From an uncultured Verrucomicrobiae bacterium (lineage in GTDB: Bacteria; Verrucomicrobiota; Verrucomicrobiia; Opitutales; JABDGR01): a stretch of 64,000 nt of DNA. This document shows, in pieces, positions 1-10,876 of the stretch. Position numbers and translations under genes: made by a program. The DNA lies in the NCBI GenBank assembly GCA_963765205.1, contig CAVXVB010000002.1, forward strand, positions 160,001 through 224,000. Reading direction: 5' to 3'. Within the stretch, counting starts at the first letter, position 1. Every line of letters starts with the position of its first letter. The notes under the pieces are model-generated. The model was not told the origin of the DNA and made no database searches. It saw only the letters and a list, made by a program, of their open reading frames with translations.

Positions 1-21
1 CAGTGGGACATCCTGCATCAT

Positions 22-735
22 TCAGGACGGCATCAATTTCATTGGCGTAGTTTTCAATTTCCTCGCCATCACAATGCCAAACCCTGACTGCAATTGGAGG
101 TGCGATTGGAGAATGGCATTTTTGAGCGTATGGCCGGATACGTCAGCAACCACTCTCCGATGAATGTTGCCGTCGCGCTCTACCATTGCGAAAACTGGCG
201 TTTTCGAGGTGCCCCGTCCGCGCTTGTGCAATCCGGTTCCCGGACGGGGTTTCCCTCCAATGTAGGTTTCATCGCACTCCACCTTTCCTTTGAGCCGGGG
301 CGACGTTTCCGAGGTAATAGCAAATCTGACGCGGTGCATCAAGAACAGGGCCGACTTATAGCTAATCTGGCAATGCCGTTGAATTTCCAAGGCACTGACC
401 CCCTTTTTTGAGGTGCTAATGCGCCAGAAGGCATAACACCAGTGTTTAAGGGGCAAGCGGGAATCCTCAAAGACCGTGCCAATACGCACGCTGAATTGCT
501 CTTTGCAGACCCGGCAACGCCAAAGGAAACGGGAATTGCGGGTCTTGCCATCAGCACTCATCATCATTTTGGGGTTGGGAGCCTCGCAATGGGGGCAGCG
601 AGGGGTGTTTCCCCAACGTTGGGCCTCCATTAGCTCTACCGCTGCCGTCTCATCCGCACAGGCCATTGGCAGCAAATCCCTTATAAGAGACGAGCGTTCT
701 AGTTCTGGGTGTTGGTAGGTCGTTTTCATTATCAT
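22..735 (-). pseudogene. IS1595 (ISXO2-like) transposase, C-terminally truncated
   Basis: Zn ribbon CPHC..CRVC, FSVRIGTVFEDSRLPL, KKGVSALEIQR and VECDETYIGGK (first catalytic D). Similarity ends near LKNAI (~112), before the remaining catalytic residues. Confidence 0.85.
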
Positions 736-784
736 TACAATACTTCACGCACAGGCTTTTGTCAAGTGATTTTGAACAGATTTT

Positions 785-1051
785 TCAGGTATTTCTAAGC
801 TGGCTTTTAGTGCCAAATTGTCTCGACTTGCCCACTTTAATCCGTCCATAAGTTCCGACTGCATAGCCAAATAAAAAGAAAGAGAAATCTCCCATTACCA
901 CGGCGAAAATCTGCGCTTTTGACCAATGAGGAATTACGAAAATTACTCTCTCAAAGACCTTACTGCTCGTAAAGCTGTTTTGGATGGTTTCCTTATCGGG
1001 TATGGTGGCGGCGTGGTTGTTTGCACTCTGATAGCTTATGGCTTTGCACAT
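785..1051 (-). CDS. hypothetical protein (AT-rich, possible IS passenger)
   Basis: 88-aa ORF in the low-GC segment; no recognisable motif. Confidence 0.25.
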   Translation of the reverse strand: MCKAISYQSANNHAATIPDKETIQNSFTSSKVFERVIFVIPHWSKAQIFAVVMGDFSFFLFGYAVGTYGRIKVGKSRQFGTKSQLRNT

Positions 1052-1196
1052 TTTGATAACCGATGAGGAGGATTCAAAAAGCGGGCGGAATTAAATGCAG
1101 TAATTTCCGCGATTGAAAAAGAATATCCCGATCTAGCCTTGTGGGCACACCCTGCAAAAAAATGAGAATTTTACGCGAGATTTTAAGAATTAACTT

Positions 1197-1373
1197 ATGC
1201 AATCCAAACAAACCAAAGAAAAGACAGGCGAGCGCGACCCCTACGGCAAGCAAGACAAGCCGGGGCCAAGGCCGGAGACCCTTAAATTCGAGGGGCATTG
1301 GCATGATGCTGTCAAAATGGCCCTACACAAAAAGCGCCCGGCTGACGGCTGGCCTAAAATGCCGCGCAAGTAA
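1197..1373 (+). CDS. small basic hypothetical protein (58 aa), IS1595 passenger candidate
   Basis: Read manually: MQSKQTKEKTGERDPYGKQDKPGPRPETLKFEGHWHDAVKMALHKKRPADGWPKMPRK; ATG 1197, TAA 1371-1373; too short for the ORF track. Confidence 0.5.
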   Translation: MQSKQTKEKTGERDPYGKQDKPGPRPETLKFEGHWHDAVKMALHKKRPADGWPKMPRK

Positions 1374-1541
1374 TTCAGGGAAATTCAGGCTTTTTCAGGG
1401 ATATTCAACCCTTCCGCTATCTGTGCGTTAAATACATACTTCCGATAAGTTAATAGTGGGGCCGCGCCCGCAGCCCGCTGGGTTTGCACCGTAAAGCGGC
1501 GCGTCTAAAAGGCAATTGTAAAGCCCCGCGTGCCACCGGCC

Positions 1542-2705
1542 TCAAGGCCCCTGCCACGGTGCGCGGGTGGCGTGTTGGGGGAGGTATTTGGTTTTCAGCA
1601 GCCGCCAGGCCACCACCACAAACGCGGTCAGCGGCACGCCGAGAATAATGCCCAGCAAGCCGTGCAGCGCCTGCCCCCAGAAAAAAATCGAAACAATGAT
1701 AACCATCGGATGCAGGCCCGTGCGCTCTCCCATGATTTTCGGCGTGAGGTAATACGCCTCCACCACTTGCACGACCCCGATCACTGCGCCGGCTGCCGCC
1801 AGCAGCCCCCACCCGCCGTCCGGCTGGATATAGGCCACCGGCAAAATCACCGCCAGCCCGAGAATCACGCCGAGAAATGGCACCAGGTTGAGGAAACCGA
1901 AAAACAGCCCGAGCACAAAGCCGCCCTGCAAGCCGATGGCCATGAAACCGATTGCCTGCAATACGCCCATGATCAGCCCGATCAGCAGCCGACCATGGAA
2001 AAACGAAACCATGATCCCGGCAAATTCCCGGATCAAAAACACCACGTCCTCCCGCACCTTGGGTGGCAAAAAGGTCAGTTGCTCGCGGAAATCACGCGCG
2101 AAGTTGCGGTTCGATTCCAGCAAAAAAAACAAGTAAATCGGAATCACCGCCACGGCGGCGGAGAACTCGAAGAGCCGGCCCAGCGTGGACGGCGCGGACA
2201 ACAGCAGGGCGAGCACGCGCTGGTTCGCCTCGTTGACGCGGGCCAGCAGGTTCTGTTCATCAAGGTAATTCCGCACCATCTGGTAAACGTCCGGGTATTG
2301 GCGCAGGACGTTTTTCACGCGCGTGAAGGCGTGCCGGGCGGAATCCGGCCCGGCGTGCATCAAATCCACCAACTGGCTCATCAGCAGCGGCAGCACTAGC
2401 AAACCTAGGGCCAGGCACGCCGCCACCACTAAAAAATACAGCAGCAAAATCGCCCGCATTCGCGGCAGCTTGAGATTGTGTTCGAGGCTGTTGACCACCG
2501 GCCGCAGCAGCACGGCCAGGATGCCTGCGATGACCAGCGGCCAGATCACATGCCCGAACTCCGCCAGGAACAGCCGCAGCCCCCAGACTACGAGACACGC
2601 CACCGACAGCAAAAATAAACCGGCCAGTGCCGACACCGCCAGTGCCGTCAGGCGGCGCTGGCCGGGCGTGAGCCACGGGTGGTGGGGTGGGGGAAGGTCG
2701 TTCAT
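1542..2705 (-). CDS. AI-2E family transporter (PerM/YdiK-like)
   Basis: Multi-TM protein with LNLVPFLG, VVEAYYLTPKIMG and GLHPMVIIVSIFFWG motifs; start set at MNDLPPP. Confidence 0.9.
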   Translation of the reverse strand: MNDLPPPHHPWLTPGQRRLTALAVSALAGLFLLSVACLVVWGLRLFLAEFGHVIWPLVIAGILAVLLRPVVNSLEHNLKLPRMRAILLLYFLVVAACLALGLLVLPLLMSQLVDLMHAGPDSARHAFTRVKNVLRQYPDVYQMVRNYLDEQNLLARVNEANQRVLALLLSAPSTLGRLFEFSAAVAVIPIYLFFLLESNRNFARDFREQLTFLPPKVREDVVFLIREFAGIMVSFFHGRLLIGLIMGVLQAIGFMAIGLQGGFVLGLFFGFLNLVPFLGVILGLAVILPVAYIQPDGGWGLLAAAGAVIGVVQVVEAYYLTPKIMGERTGLHPMVIIVSIFFWGQALHGLLGIILGVPLTAFVVVAWRLLKTKYLPQHATRAPWQGP

Positions 2706-2727
2706 TCGGGTTGGTTTGGGCAATGGC

Positions 2728-3009
2728 TCAGTCCTCTTCGTCGCCCAGCCCCAGTTCCTTTTTGATTTCGGGGACTTGTTCCAGCTCGTCGAGCAATTCA
2801 TTCACGCTGAAATCGGCGACCACAAAATCGCCGTATTCAAACGTCGGCGTCAGCGCCTGCCCGCTGATCTCCACCATACGCAACATGGACGCTTTGCTTG
2901 CGGTCACATCGCGCACGTCGAGTTCAACCCCATGCTGGGAGAAAAACGCCATGGCCTCCCGGCACCACGGGCACCCGGGCTTGATGTAGAGAATGGGTTT
3001 ATGTTTCAT
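2728..3009 (-). CDS. glutaredoxin family protein
   Basis: LYIKPGCPWC active site and GQALTPT cis-Pro region; start MKHKP. Confidence 0.85.
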   Translation of the reverse strand: MKHKPILYIKPGCPWCREAMAFFSQHGVELDVRDVTASKASMLRMVEISGQALTPTFEYGDFVVADFSVNELLDELEQVPEIKKELGLGDEED

Positions 3010-3134
3010 GAGTGGCCTCCTTCTTCCCAATATCGCCCCATTCCCGGCGGCGTTCAATGGCAAATCCTCGCAAAAATATGTGCGTTGAGGGTTGAGGGAC
3101 GTGCAATTTTGGCCGATACTGAAAGTTTGTCTCC

Positions 3135-6008
3135 ATGAGCCTGGACTCCGCCCTCCCTCTCGCCGCCGCGCCGCCCGCCTGCATCCACATCAAGGGCGCG
3201 CGCGAGCACAACTTGCGCAACCTCGAACTGCGCCTGCCGCGCCAGAAGCTCATCGTCATCACCGGCGTCAGCGGCTCCGGCAAGTCCTCGCTCGCCTTCG
3301 ACACGATTTACGCCGAAGGCTATCGCAAATACATGGAGAGCCTCTCTGTGCGCGCGCGGCAGTTGCTCGACCAGTTGAAGCGGCCGGAGGTGGACTTCAT
3401 CACCGGGCTGCCGCCCGTCATCGCCATCGAGCAGCGCACTGGTGCGGGCGCCAACCCGCGCAGTACCGTCGCCACCGTCACGGAAATCGCCGATTTCGCG
3501 CGGCTGGCCTGGACGCTGGCCGGCGAGCAGCGCTGCCCGCTCGACGGCGGGGCTATTGAGCGCCGCACGCTCGATGATTGCGTGGCGCGAATTTTCCAGG
3601 AACCGGCCAACAGCAAGCTCGTGCTCCTCGCGCCGGGCGAGACGGCCAAGCCCGCGTTTTGGCGCGAGGAAATTCCGCGCCTGCGCCAGCGCGGCTTCAC
3701 CCGCGCGCGCGTCAACGGCGTGCTGCGCGAATTGCAGGAGCCGGATTTGCTGGATGGCCGCGCGCGCGAAATCACCCTCGATTTGGTCGTGGATCGCCTG
3801 GTCATCGAGCCGGCGCAGCGCAGCCGGCTGGCGGACTCTCTCGAACTCGCCTTCCGTGAAGGCCGCGACCGCGCGCTTGCGCTGGTGCAAAGGGCCGCCG
3901 GCGGCGCGTGGAAGGAAATTCCGCTGAGCCAGAAGCTCGCCTGCGCGGTGTGCGGCACGGTATATGAGCCGCTCACGCCGCGGTATTTTTCCTACAACCA
4001 TCCCGAAGGCGCGTGCGCGGAATGTGGCGGCTTGGGCCGCACGCTGCAATTCGTGCCCGAGCTGGTCGCGCCCGACCCGGAAAAAACCGTGCGGCACGGC
4101 GCGATCAAGCCCTGGCGCTTCGGCTCGAAGGCGATGATCATCAAGCGCAACGCCATCCTGTGCCAGCTCGCCGCCCAATTGCCCTTCGACCCCGAAGTGC
4201 CCTGGCGCGAATTGCCGGAGGCCGCGCGTCACGCCATTATGCACGGAGCGGGCGAGCGCCTGTTCTCCTTCAAGTTGCGCGCGGGTAATCACAAGCCCGA
4301 GGCGCTGCCTTTCGCCGGCGTGCTGGCCGACCTCGAAGAAACCCGCCGCAATTCATCGAGCGACGGCTTGCGCGCGCGGCTGATGGCGTTTCAGGTTTCC
4401 ACGCCGTGCCTCGCGTGCAAGGGCCGGCGGCTGAACCCGCGGGCGCGCGCGGTGCGCGTGCGGGGCCAAGGCTTCGATGACTTCATGGCGATGACCGTGG
4501 ACGCCGCGCTGCACTTTGCGGGCGAGACCCGCGCGGGCGCGACCGGCTTCACGGCGGCGGTGGACGAAGCCTGGCGCGGCCTCGAACACCGCATGCATTT
4601 CCTTGGCGAAGTCGGCCTGGGCTACCTGACGCTCGAACGCGAATACGGCACGCTCAGCGGCGGCGAGACCCAGCGCGCGCGCCTTGCCACCCAACTCGGC
4701 ACCGGCCTGGTCGGCGTCGCCTACGTGCTTGATGAGCCGAGCATCGGCCTGCATCCGCGCGACAACCGCGCCCTCGTGCGCCTGCTGCTCGACCTGCGCG
4801 ACCGTGGCAACGCCGTCCTCGTTGTCGAGCACGACGCGGATATGATGCGCGCCGCCGACCACCTTGTTGAACTCGGCCCCGGCGCGGGCGCGCAGGGTGG
4901 AAAAATTCTTTTCGAAGGCACGCCGGCGGAATGCCTGACGGCGCCCGCCTCGCGCACCGGGCCGTATCTTTCCGGCCGCGCAAAGTTGGAGAAAAGCTTG
5001 CCCGACCGCATCCCCGATGGCCGCTGGCTGACGGTGCGCGGCGCGACGGAGCACAACCTGCAAAACGTGGACGCGGCCTTTCCCCTGCAAACGTTCACGG
5101 TCGTGTGCGGTGTGTCCGGCTCCGGCAAAAGCACGCTCGTGAACGAAATCCTTGGCCACGCCGCGGCGTGGAAGCTCAATGGCGCGAAGACCATTCCCGG
5201 CCGCCATCGCGCGCTCGACGGCCTCGAAAACTTCCAATCCGTCGTGCGCGTGGACCAGGAGCCGATTGGCCGCAGCCCGCGTTCGAACCCGGCGACGTAT
5301 ACCAAGCTGTTCGATTTGCTGCGGGAGTTGTTTGCCCACTGCGCGCTGGCCAAGGTGCGTGGCTACAAGGCCAATCGTTTTTCCTTCAACGTGCGCGGCG
5401 GCCGCTGCGAGCGCTGCCAGGGCGACGGTGTCATCCGGCTCGACATGCAATTTTTGGAGGAGGTGCATGTCGAGTGCCCCGGCTGCCGCGGCCGGCGCTA
5501 CAACCGCGAGACCCTCGAAGTGCGCTTCAAGGGCCTCAACATTGCCGACACGCTCGACTTGACCGTGGCCGAGGCGCTGGCGTTTTTCCGCGCGCAGCCG
5601 CGTTTGGTGGACAAACTGCGCACGCTCGACGCCGTCGGCCTCGGCTACCTCAAGCTCGGCCAGCCCGCGACGACGCTCTCCGGCGGCGAAGCGCAGCGGC
5701 TGAAACTTTCGCTCGAACTGAGTAAGCGTCAGCAGGGCGGGACACTCTATTTGCTCGACGAGCCAACCACTGGACTGCACTGGGAGGATATCCAGCGCCT
5801 GCTCGATTTGCTGTTCCAATTACGTGAGGCGGGCAACACCATCGTCGTCATTGAGCACCACCTCGATGTGATCCGCCAAGCCGACTGGGTGTTGGAACTC
5901 GGGCCCGGCGGCGGCGCGGCGGGCGGACGTTTGATTTTCGCCGGGGCGCCCGCGGCCTTGGCGCGCGCGGACACGCCGACGGGCGTTTGCCTCAGGAACC
6001 CGGGGTGA
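3135..6008 (+). CDS. uvrA: excinuclease ABC subunit A
   Basis: Two ABC ATPase domains (GVSGSGKS twice, LSGGE signatures, LDEP), Zn fingers, IKGAREHNL start. Confidence 0.96.
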   Translation: MSLDSALPLAAAPPACIHIKGAREHNLRNLELRLPRQKLIVITGVSGSGKSSLAFDTIYAEGYRKYMESLSVRARQLLDQLKRPEVDFITGLPPVIAIEQRTGAGANPRSTVATVTEIADFARLAWTLAGEQRCPLDGGAIERRTLDDCVARIFQEPANSKLVLLAPGETAKPAFWREEIPRLRQRGFTRARVNGVLRELQEPDLLDGRAREITLDLVVDRLVIEPAQRSRLADSLELAFREGRDRALALVQRAAGGAWKEIPLSQKLACAVCGTVYEPLTPRYFSYNHPEGACAECGGLGRTLQFVPELVAPDPEKTVRHGAIKPWRFGSKAMIIKRNAILCQLAAQLPFDPEVPWRELPEAARHAIMHGAGERLFSFKLRAGNHKPEALPFAGVLADLEETRRNSSSDGLRARLMAFQVSTPCLACKGRRLNPRARAVRVRGQGFDDFMAMTVDAALHFAGETRAGATGFTAAVDEAWRGLEHRMHFLGEVGLGYLTLEREYGTLSGGETQRARLATQLGTGLVGVAYVLDEPSIGLHPRDNRALVRLLLDLRDRGNAVLVVEHDADMMRAADHLVELGPGAGAQGGKILFEGTPAECLTAPASRTGPYLSGRAKLEKSLPDRIPDGRWLTVRGATEHNLQNVDAAFPLQTFTVVCGVSGSGKSTLVNEILGHAAAWKLNGAKTIPGRHRALDGLENFQSVVRVDQEPIGRSPRSNPATYTKLFDLLRELFAHCALAKVRGYKANRFSFNVRGGRCERCQGDGVIRLDMQFLEEVHVECPGCRGRRYNRETLEVRFKGLNIADTLDLTVAEALAFFRAQPRLVDKLRTLDAVGLGYLKLGQPATTLSGGEAQRLKLSLELSKRQQGGTLYLLDEPTTGLHWEDIQRLLDLLFQLREAGNTIVVIEHHLDVIRQADWVLELGPGGGAAGGRLIFAGAPAALARADTPTGVCLRNPG

Positions 6009-6831
6009 TGGCCGGGCCGCCTTCCGGGACGATCAGGCCCGACGGCTCGGCCAGAGTCGCCGCCTCGACGCGGCTGATATGAACGACCAGATACTTATAC
6101 AATGTCACCGGTTTGATGGGCACATCCGGGCGGGTCGGCGCCAGGCGTTCCGACAGGAGAAAACAGGAATAGGATCCCGCCCGCGCAATCGCGTCTTTCG
6201 TCACCACCGTCGCCGCCGTGACGGGCAGGAAGGTTCCCGGCACGGTGGGGTTGGCCACCCACTTTACTTCCGTGGAATCGTATAAATGCACGCTGAACCA
6301 AATCCCGTCCTGCGTTTCCATGCGGGCGAGGAAATAGATGATTTGGCCCAAGGGCAGCGAATAACCCAGCGGGTGGCCCGCCTTGTCCGCGTCGAGCACC
6401 ATCACATTGTCCGACCGGGTCTTTGCGCCCATGACGCACATCAATTCGACGGGCTTGAAATCCACCGCATTTTCCGGTTTCCATTGCGCTTCGGACAGGG
6501 AAAAGTCCGTCATGTCCGGTGGTGGCTTATAGATGGATTCCATCTCGCCCACCTCGACACTCAGCCATTCCTGGTGCATTTCCGCGGGCTTGTAGTCAGA
6601 GGCAAAATCAGCAAAGTCCATTGGGAGATTGGGCTTGTGCGGCCCCGGGGAAGCCGGGGCTGGCGCGGGCGATGGACTTGGGGCCGGCGTGGTGGTTGCA
6701 GTCGTGGCGGCAGTTGCCGCATCGTCAGCGGCGCGGGTGGGTGTTAATGCACTGGCCAGCGCGAGTGCGCCGAGGAAGCACCAAGTCGGGTGCTGGCGAA
6801 ACTTCCGTAATGGAGAAAAGGGAGATTTCAT
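5992..6831 (-). CDS. hypothetical secreted protein with Ala/Thr/Pro linker
   Basis: Signal-peptide-like N-terminus (..TRA-ADD), low-complexity linker, host-like codon usage. Confidence 0.6.
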   Translation of the reverse strand: MKSPFSPLRKFRQHPTWCFLGALALASALTPTRAADDAATAATTATTTPAPSPSPAPAPASPGPHKPNLPMDFADFASDYKPAEMHQEWLSVEVGEMESIYKPPPDMTDFSLSEAQWKPENAVDFKPVELMCVMGAKTRSDNVMVLDADKAGHPLGYSLPLGQIIYFLARMETQDGIWFSVHLYDSTEVKWVANPTVPGTFLPVTAATVVTKDAIARAGSYSCFLLSERLAPTRPDVPIKPVTLYKYLVVHISRVEAATLAEPSGLIVPEGGPAITPGS

Positions 6832-6860
6832 GGCTGTTATTGCGGACGCAGAGCCGGCTG

Positions 6861-7421
6861 TCAGTTTTTCATCGAAAAATTGTTCTGGATGTAATCAATG
6901 TCCGCCTGGAGATCCTTCAGTTCCTCGGCCCAGTAATATTCGATCACCATGATGTTGTGGTGGTCGCTGTTGAAGATGAAAACCTTGATCCCGCCGGGGT
7001 AGGTGTCGAGAATCTTGCCCTTGAGGTGCATGCCGGTGCCCTTGAACTGGCCCCATTCATCAATCTTCGTTTTCGTCAGTGCGTTGATGGCGTAGCCGTC
7101 GAGGCCTTCAATCGTCGAGGCCAGCAATTTGACGGTGTCGGCGGTCTTGTCCACGATGTCAAAGGAAACGTAGCTCTGCTTTTTGTCCGGGCCGTTGAGG
7201 GTGAAGTGGCTTTCCGCCTTGTAGTCCGGGTCGTCCGTGGCCTCCTTCCACGCGGTGGGGTATTTGAGGGCAAAATTCGTGCGGTCAATGACTTTGAATT
7301 CGGCGGCAGCCGGGGCGTCGTCCGCGCGCGCCGTCGCCAGCAAAGCCAGCGCCGCCACCGCGGCGAATCGCCCGCGCGAGAGGAAACGTCGCAGCCCGGC
7401 AAAAAAGAAACAATTTTTCAT
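6861..7421 (-). CDS. hypothetical secreted protein (possible PsbP/Mog1-like fold)
   Basis: Signal peptide (ARA-DD); FALKYPTAW resembles the N-terminal strand of PsbP-like proteins. Confidence 0.6.
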   Translation of the reverse strand: MKNCFFFAGLRRFLSRGRFAAVAALALLATARADDAPAAAEFKVIDRTNFALKYPTAWKEATDDPDYKAESHFTLNGPDKKQSYVSFDIVDKTADTVKLLASTIEGLDGYAINALTKTKIDEWGQFKGTGMHLKGKILDTYPGGIKVFIFNSDHHNIMVIEYYWAEELKDLQADIDYIQNNFSMKN

Positions 7422-7553
7422 GGACGGGGAAAAGACGAAGGAGCGGGGCAGGGGAAAAGCTGCTAGCCCAGCTGATCAGGCTTCGTCAAGCCCCCGTATG
7501 ATTGCACAAAGACTGCCGCTGGCAACCATCATTTTTTCCATCCAACTTCTTAA

Positions 7554-8912
7554 TCACACTTCGGTCGCCTCGCCCGGCACGGGGTCAATCACGCGCGGGG
7601 CGTGGGGCGCACGGGCGAGTTCCCCGGCAAACCAGGCGCGCGCGGGCGGGTCGCCGTGGGTGATGACGACGGTGCGCGGACGGCGGGCTAACGCGTAGGC
7701 GAGCAGTTCCTCCCGCTCGGCGTGCGCGCTCAAGTCGAATCGCTCGACCCGCGCCCGCACGGGGGTGACGAACGGCAGGGTGTCAAAGGTGAATTTTTCG
7801 CCGGGTTTGGTGGCCAGCAGCTTGCCGCCGGGCGTTTCCGGGTCGCAATAGCCCGCGAAATAAATCGCGTTGCGCGGCTGCGCCAGCAGGCCCGCGGCAA
7901 ACGCATACGACGGCGTGTTCTCGACCATCATGCCGCTGCTCAACACATACAGGCCGCGCTGGCCGGGTTCGCGCCCCGGCCCAAGTTTCTGCCGCAGCGG
8001 CTGCACGTTCATCTCCTGCAGGATGCGGCGGCGAAAGCGGATGGTGGGGTTCGTTTTCGCCAGTTCGTCAAAATGGTTCACCAAGTCCAGCCCGAGGCCC
8101 GAGGCGAAAATCAGCGACTCCGGCAATTTCCGCGCGCGCCGCGCGGCGTGCAGCAGCGCGAGCACTTCCTGCATCCGCCCGAGCGCGAACACTGGCACCA
8201 GCGCCGTGCCGCCGCCCGCCAGGGTTTGCCCGAGCGCCTCGATGAACCGCGCCGCCTCGGAGTCCCGCGTCGTGCCCACTGCGCGCCCCCGCGCCCCCCG
8301 CGTGATCTCAGTGACGACGGTGTCAAACTTGTCCTCGGGAAAACGCGCCCCCGTCAGCGTCAATTGGTCGGCAAACAGCACGTCGCCGGTGAAAAATATC
8401 CGCTCCTTCCCGTAAACAACACGCAGGCCCGCCGCGCCCGCGACGTGGCCTGCCGGGAAAAAAGTAAGTTCGAGCCGGTGTCCTTTTTTGACCAGGGTGT
8501 GGGGCTTGGCGAACGGCACGGCCCGCAACCGGCCTTCGAGGCGCTCGACTTCGCCATAGGTGAACAGCGGCAGCTCGCTCAGGCCGAGTTCCTCGCGCTG
8601 GCGCAGCATCACCCCGCACGAATTGCGCAGCATCCGCGGCAGCAGCACCTGCGTCGGCGGCGTCACGAAAATCTGCGCGGAGGGCTGATAGCGCGCCAGC
8701 ACCGGCAACCCGCCGATATGGTCGAGGTGGCTGTGCGTGATGACGATGAAATCCAGCGAATCGTCGGCCAATTTTGCCAGCGCGGGCAGCGAACCGGCGC
8801 CGGCCTTTTTCGGGTGCATCCCGCAGTCGAACACGAAACGGAAGGGCCCGAGTTCGATGAGGAGGCAGTTCGAGCCAATGTCGCGCGCGGGATTGAGGTC
8901 GGTCAGTTGCAT
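7554..8912 (-). CDS. MBL-fold beta-CASP ribonuclease
   Basis: DCG, THSHLDH, AGHVAGA, FTGD, PVFALGRMQE, LSAHA and THGD motifs. Confidence 0.9.
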   Translation of the reverse strand: MQLTDLNPARDIGSNCLLIELGPFRFVFDCGMHPKKAGAGSLPALAKLADDSLDFIVITHSHLDHIGGLPVLARYQPSAQIFVTPPTQVLLPRMLRNSCGVMLRQREELGLSELPLFTYGEVERLEGRLRAVPFAKPHTLVKKGHRLELTFFPAGHVAGAAGLRVVYGKERIFFTGDVLFADQLTLTGARFPEDKFDTVVTEITRGARGRAVGTTRDSEAARFIEALGQTLAGGGTALVPVFALGRMQEVLALLHAARRARKLPESLIFASGLGLDLVNHFDELAKTNPTIRFRRRILQEMNVQPLRQKLGPGREPGQRGLYVLSSGMMVENTPSYAFAAGLLAQPRNAIYFAGYCDPETPGGKLLATKPGEKFTFDTLPFVTPVRARVERFDLSAHAEREELLAYALARRPRTVVITHGDPPARAWFAGELARAPHAPRVIDPVPGEATEV

Positions 8913-8949
8913 GGGTGGCGGGCATAAATTATTCGCAAAGGTTTTGTTT

Positions 8950-8975
8950 CGTAGCGCGGTGCTTCAGCCCGCGCT
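8950..8975 (+). repeat. REP-like palindrome
   Basis: GTAG followed by imperfect hairpin GCGCGG(T)GC-TTCA-GCCCGCGC; related copy at 48323-48347 on the minus strand. Confidence 0.5.
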
Positions 8976-9010
8976 GCTTGTCCTTATCAGTATTCGCGAG
9001 CATGGTCTAG

Positions 9011-9141
9011 GTTCTGTTTTAAAACTAAACCACAGATGGCACGGATAGCACGGATGGCTTTCATCCTAAGGGCTGCAGCCGTGATCTCTTTATCCGTGCT
9101 ATCCGTGTCATCCGTGGTGTCTTGGGGATTTAAAACACAGT
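9011..9141. repeat. MITE-like hairpin element with 9-nt tandem units (CACGGATAG-like)
   Basis: Arms 9030-9055 and 9092-9117 are inverted (24/26); outer imperfect IR TGTTTTAAA / TTTAAAACA. Confidence 0.7.
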
Positions 9142-9177
9142 TGCTGTGTTGAAAACATAAATGGCCGCGTTTGTCCA

Positions 9178-10028
9178 CTATCTGTGGAGGGCGTAGGCAA
9201 GGACACGCAGGGTGGCCTCTTTGAGTAATTGGGTTTCGGTGCGGCTGTTTAAGGCGCTGCCGAACTTGCGTTTGAGCGCGCTGAAGAAACTTTCCACCTG
9301 CCAGCGGCGGCCATAGCCGCGGGCCCGCAGGTGTTCCGGCGTCATGCGGGAACGCCACTGCCCCCCGAGGGTTCCGTCCGCCCGATGCACCACTGGCCGG
9401 ATCAGGCTTTCGGTGCCTTGGGCGTGTGCGCGGACAGGCACCCATTCGGCGTCGTCGCCGGCGTCGGCGTAGAGCCGCGCGGGCGCGGTGGCCGCAAAGG
9501 TTTGTTCCAGCAATGGCGCCGCGTGGCATTTGTCGTTGCGCGGCCCCCAGCCCACCACCAGCCCCACGGGCAGCAGGCTGCCGCACAACACGGCGGCGGA
9601 AACTTTCACGAACCGGTGCCGTGTTCGGCCAGTGCGGCTAAGGTCATGCGCGCTGGCCACCGTCTTTTCCAGCCCGGTGGCGTCCACCGCCGCGCTGACC
9701 CGCCGCCCCTGCCGCCGGGCGGCCGCCTTGGCCGCGCCGCCCAACTGGGCCAGGATGGCCGCCGCAATGGCCTGCACCTGCGCGCGGGCGCTGAACTTTT
9801 GCAGCGTGGTGTAATGCGGCAGTTTGTCCGTGAAGCCCAGCTGCTGGCGCAACACCTCGCTGGTGGCCAGCACCTCCAACACCCCGCGGTAGGTCGTCTT
9901 GAGGCAGGCCTTCAGGAGCAGGCCACTCATCAACTGGCGTTGGGTGAAGTCGTGGCGGCTCTTGGCCGCGCCGCAGGCATCGAGGTGGCGCGCCCCCAGC
10001 CGCATCGCCAGTTCCGTAAATCGCGCTA
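9178..10028 (-). pseudogene. IS5-superfamily (DDE_Tnp_1) transposase, 5'-truncated by adjacent IS
   Basis: SRHDFTQRQL, LPHYTTLQKF, AVDATG, YADAGDD and YGRRWQVESFFSALKR; the reading frame runs into the IS at 10029; candidate end GCTGTGTTGAAA at 9143. Confidence 0.8.
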
Positions 10029-10874
10029 GAGGCTGTCCGAAAAGTCTGATTTGGTCAAGTGATGGGCAGATGGGGTAGTGCGATCATGAGGCAGCCGAGG
10101 GTGGCGAAGGCGCAAAAGAGCGAGGCGTGTTTTTCCCAGCGGGTTAAAAGTCGGCGATGGTAGCCCAGCCAGGCGATGGTGCGTTCGACTTTCCAGCGGC
10201 GGCGGTAGCGGCGCAGAGGCCGGCCATCTTGGGTGACATTTTCAGGCAGGCGGTTTTGGCGGTGTGGGGCGATCATCTCGATGCCCAGTTCGGCGAGCGT
10301 TTCGTCCAGTTCGTCCACGTCGTAGGCTTTGTCGCCGATGAGCCGTTTGGGTTGGGCCACAGGTTCACCCAGTTCAAGGGTTTGTTGCACCAGGTCGTGC
10401 TCGGCCACCCCGGAGGCCTCCACCGACAGCGCCAAAGGAATCCCTTGTCCATCAACGATTACCTGCAGCTTGGTTCCTTTGCCCTTGGGGCTGAGGCCCA
10501 CTGCGTCACCCCCACCCTTGGCGGCGGCAAAGGTGGCGTCCACAAAGCACTCTTCCAAGTCGATGCGCCCCGCTTCCACCCGTTGGCGGATGACCTTGGC
10601 CAGCAGGGAGCGGAAGGCCCGCGACTGGCTCCAGCGTTGCCGGTAGTCATGCACGGTGGACTTGGGCGGAAAACTCCGCGGCAGGTATTCCCACTGAATC
10701 CCGGTGTGCAGCACGAACAACAAGGCCTCGAAGACCCGCCGGGCGTCGGCCCGCGGCCGCCCATACCGGCTGGTCTTGGGCCGTTCCAACACCGGCTTCA
10801 ATAACTCCCATTGTGCATCAGTTGTAAACATATTGTCCTATAAGCACAAACCTTGCCACTTTTCGGATAGACTC
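10029..10874 (-). mobile_element. IS5-family insertion sequence (846 bp)
   Basis: TIRs GAGGCTGTCCGAAAAGT / GAGTCTATCCGAAAAGT (15/17), TA on both flanks. Confidence 0.9.
10055..10831 (-). CDS. IS5-family transposase
   Basis: TDAQWELL, GRPR, TGIQWEYLP, FVDATF, IGDKAYD and RRWKVERT. Confidence 0.92.
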   Translation of the reverse strand: MFTTDAQWELLKPVLERPKTSRYGRPRADARRVFEALLFVLHTGIQWEYLPRSFPPKSTVHDYRQRWSQSRAFRSLLAKVIRQRVEAGRIDLEECFVDATFAAAKGGGDAVGLSPKGKGTKLQVIVDGQGIPLALSVEASGVAEHDLVQQTLELGEPVAQPKRLIGDKAYDVDELDETLAELGIEMIAPHRQNRLPENVTQDGRPLRRYRRRWKVERTIAWLGYHRRLLTRWEKHASLFCAFATLGCLMIALPHLPIT

Positions 10875-10876
10875 TA

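Larger units (their letters stand above)
1..1444 (-). mobile_element. IS1595-family element remnant (one end, with passenger ORFs); continues beyond window start
   Basis: IS1595 transposase fragment; 720-1444 is AT-rich relative to the host; candidate terminal IR CGGAAGTATGTATTTAA (reverse complement of 1428-1444), after which GC content returns to host level. The partner end is not visible. Confidence 0.55.

Noticed and set aside
3054..5819. Long antisense ORFs over uvrA (and similar ones over murE, ftsZ, the kinase and the hydrolases)
   Set aside because: Shadow ORFs expected in high-GC DNA; no motifs, fully overlapping well-supported genes.
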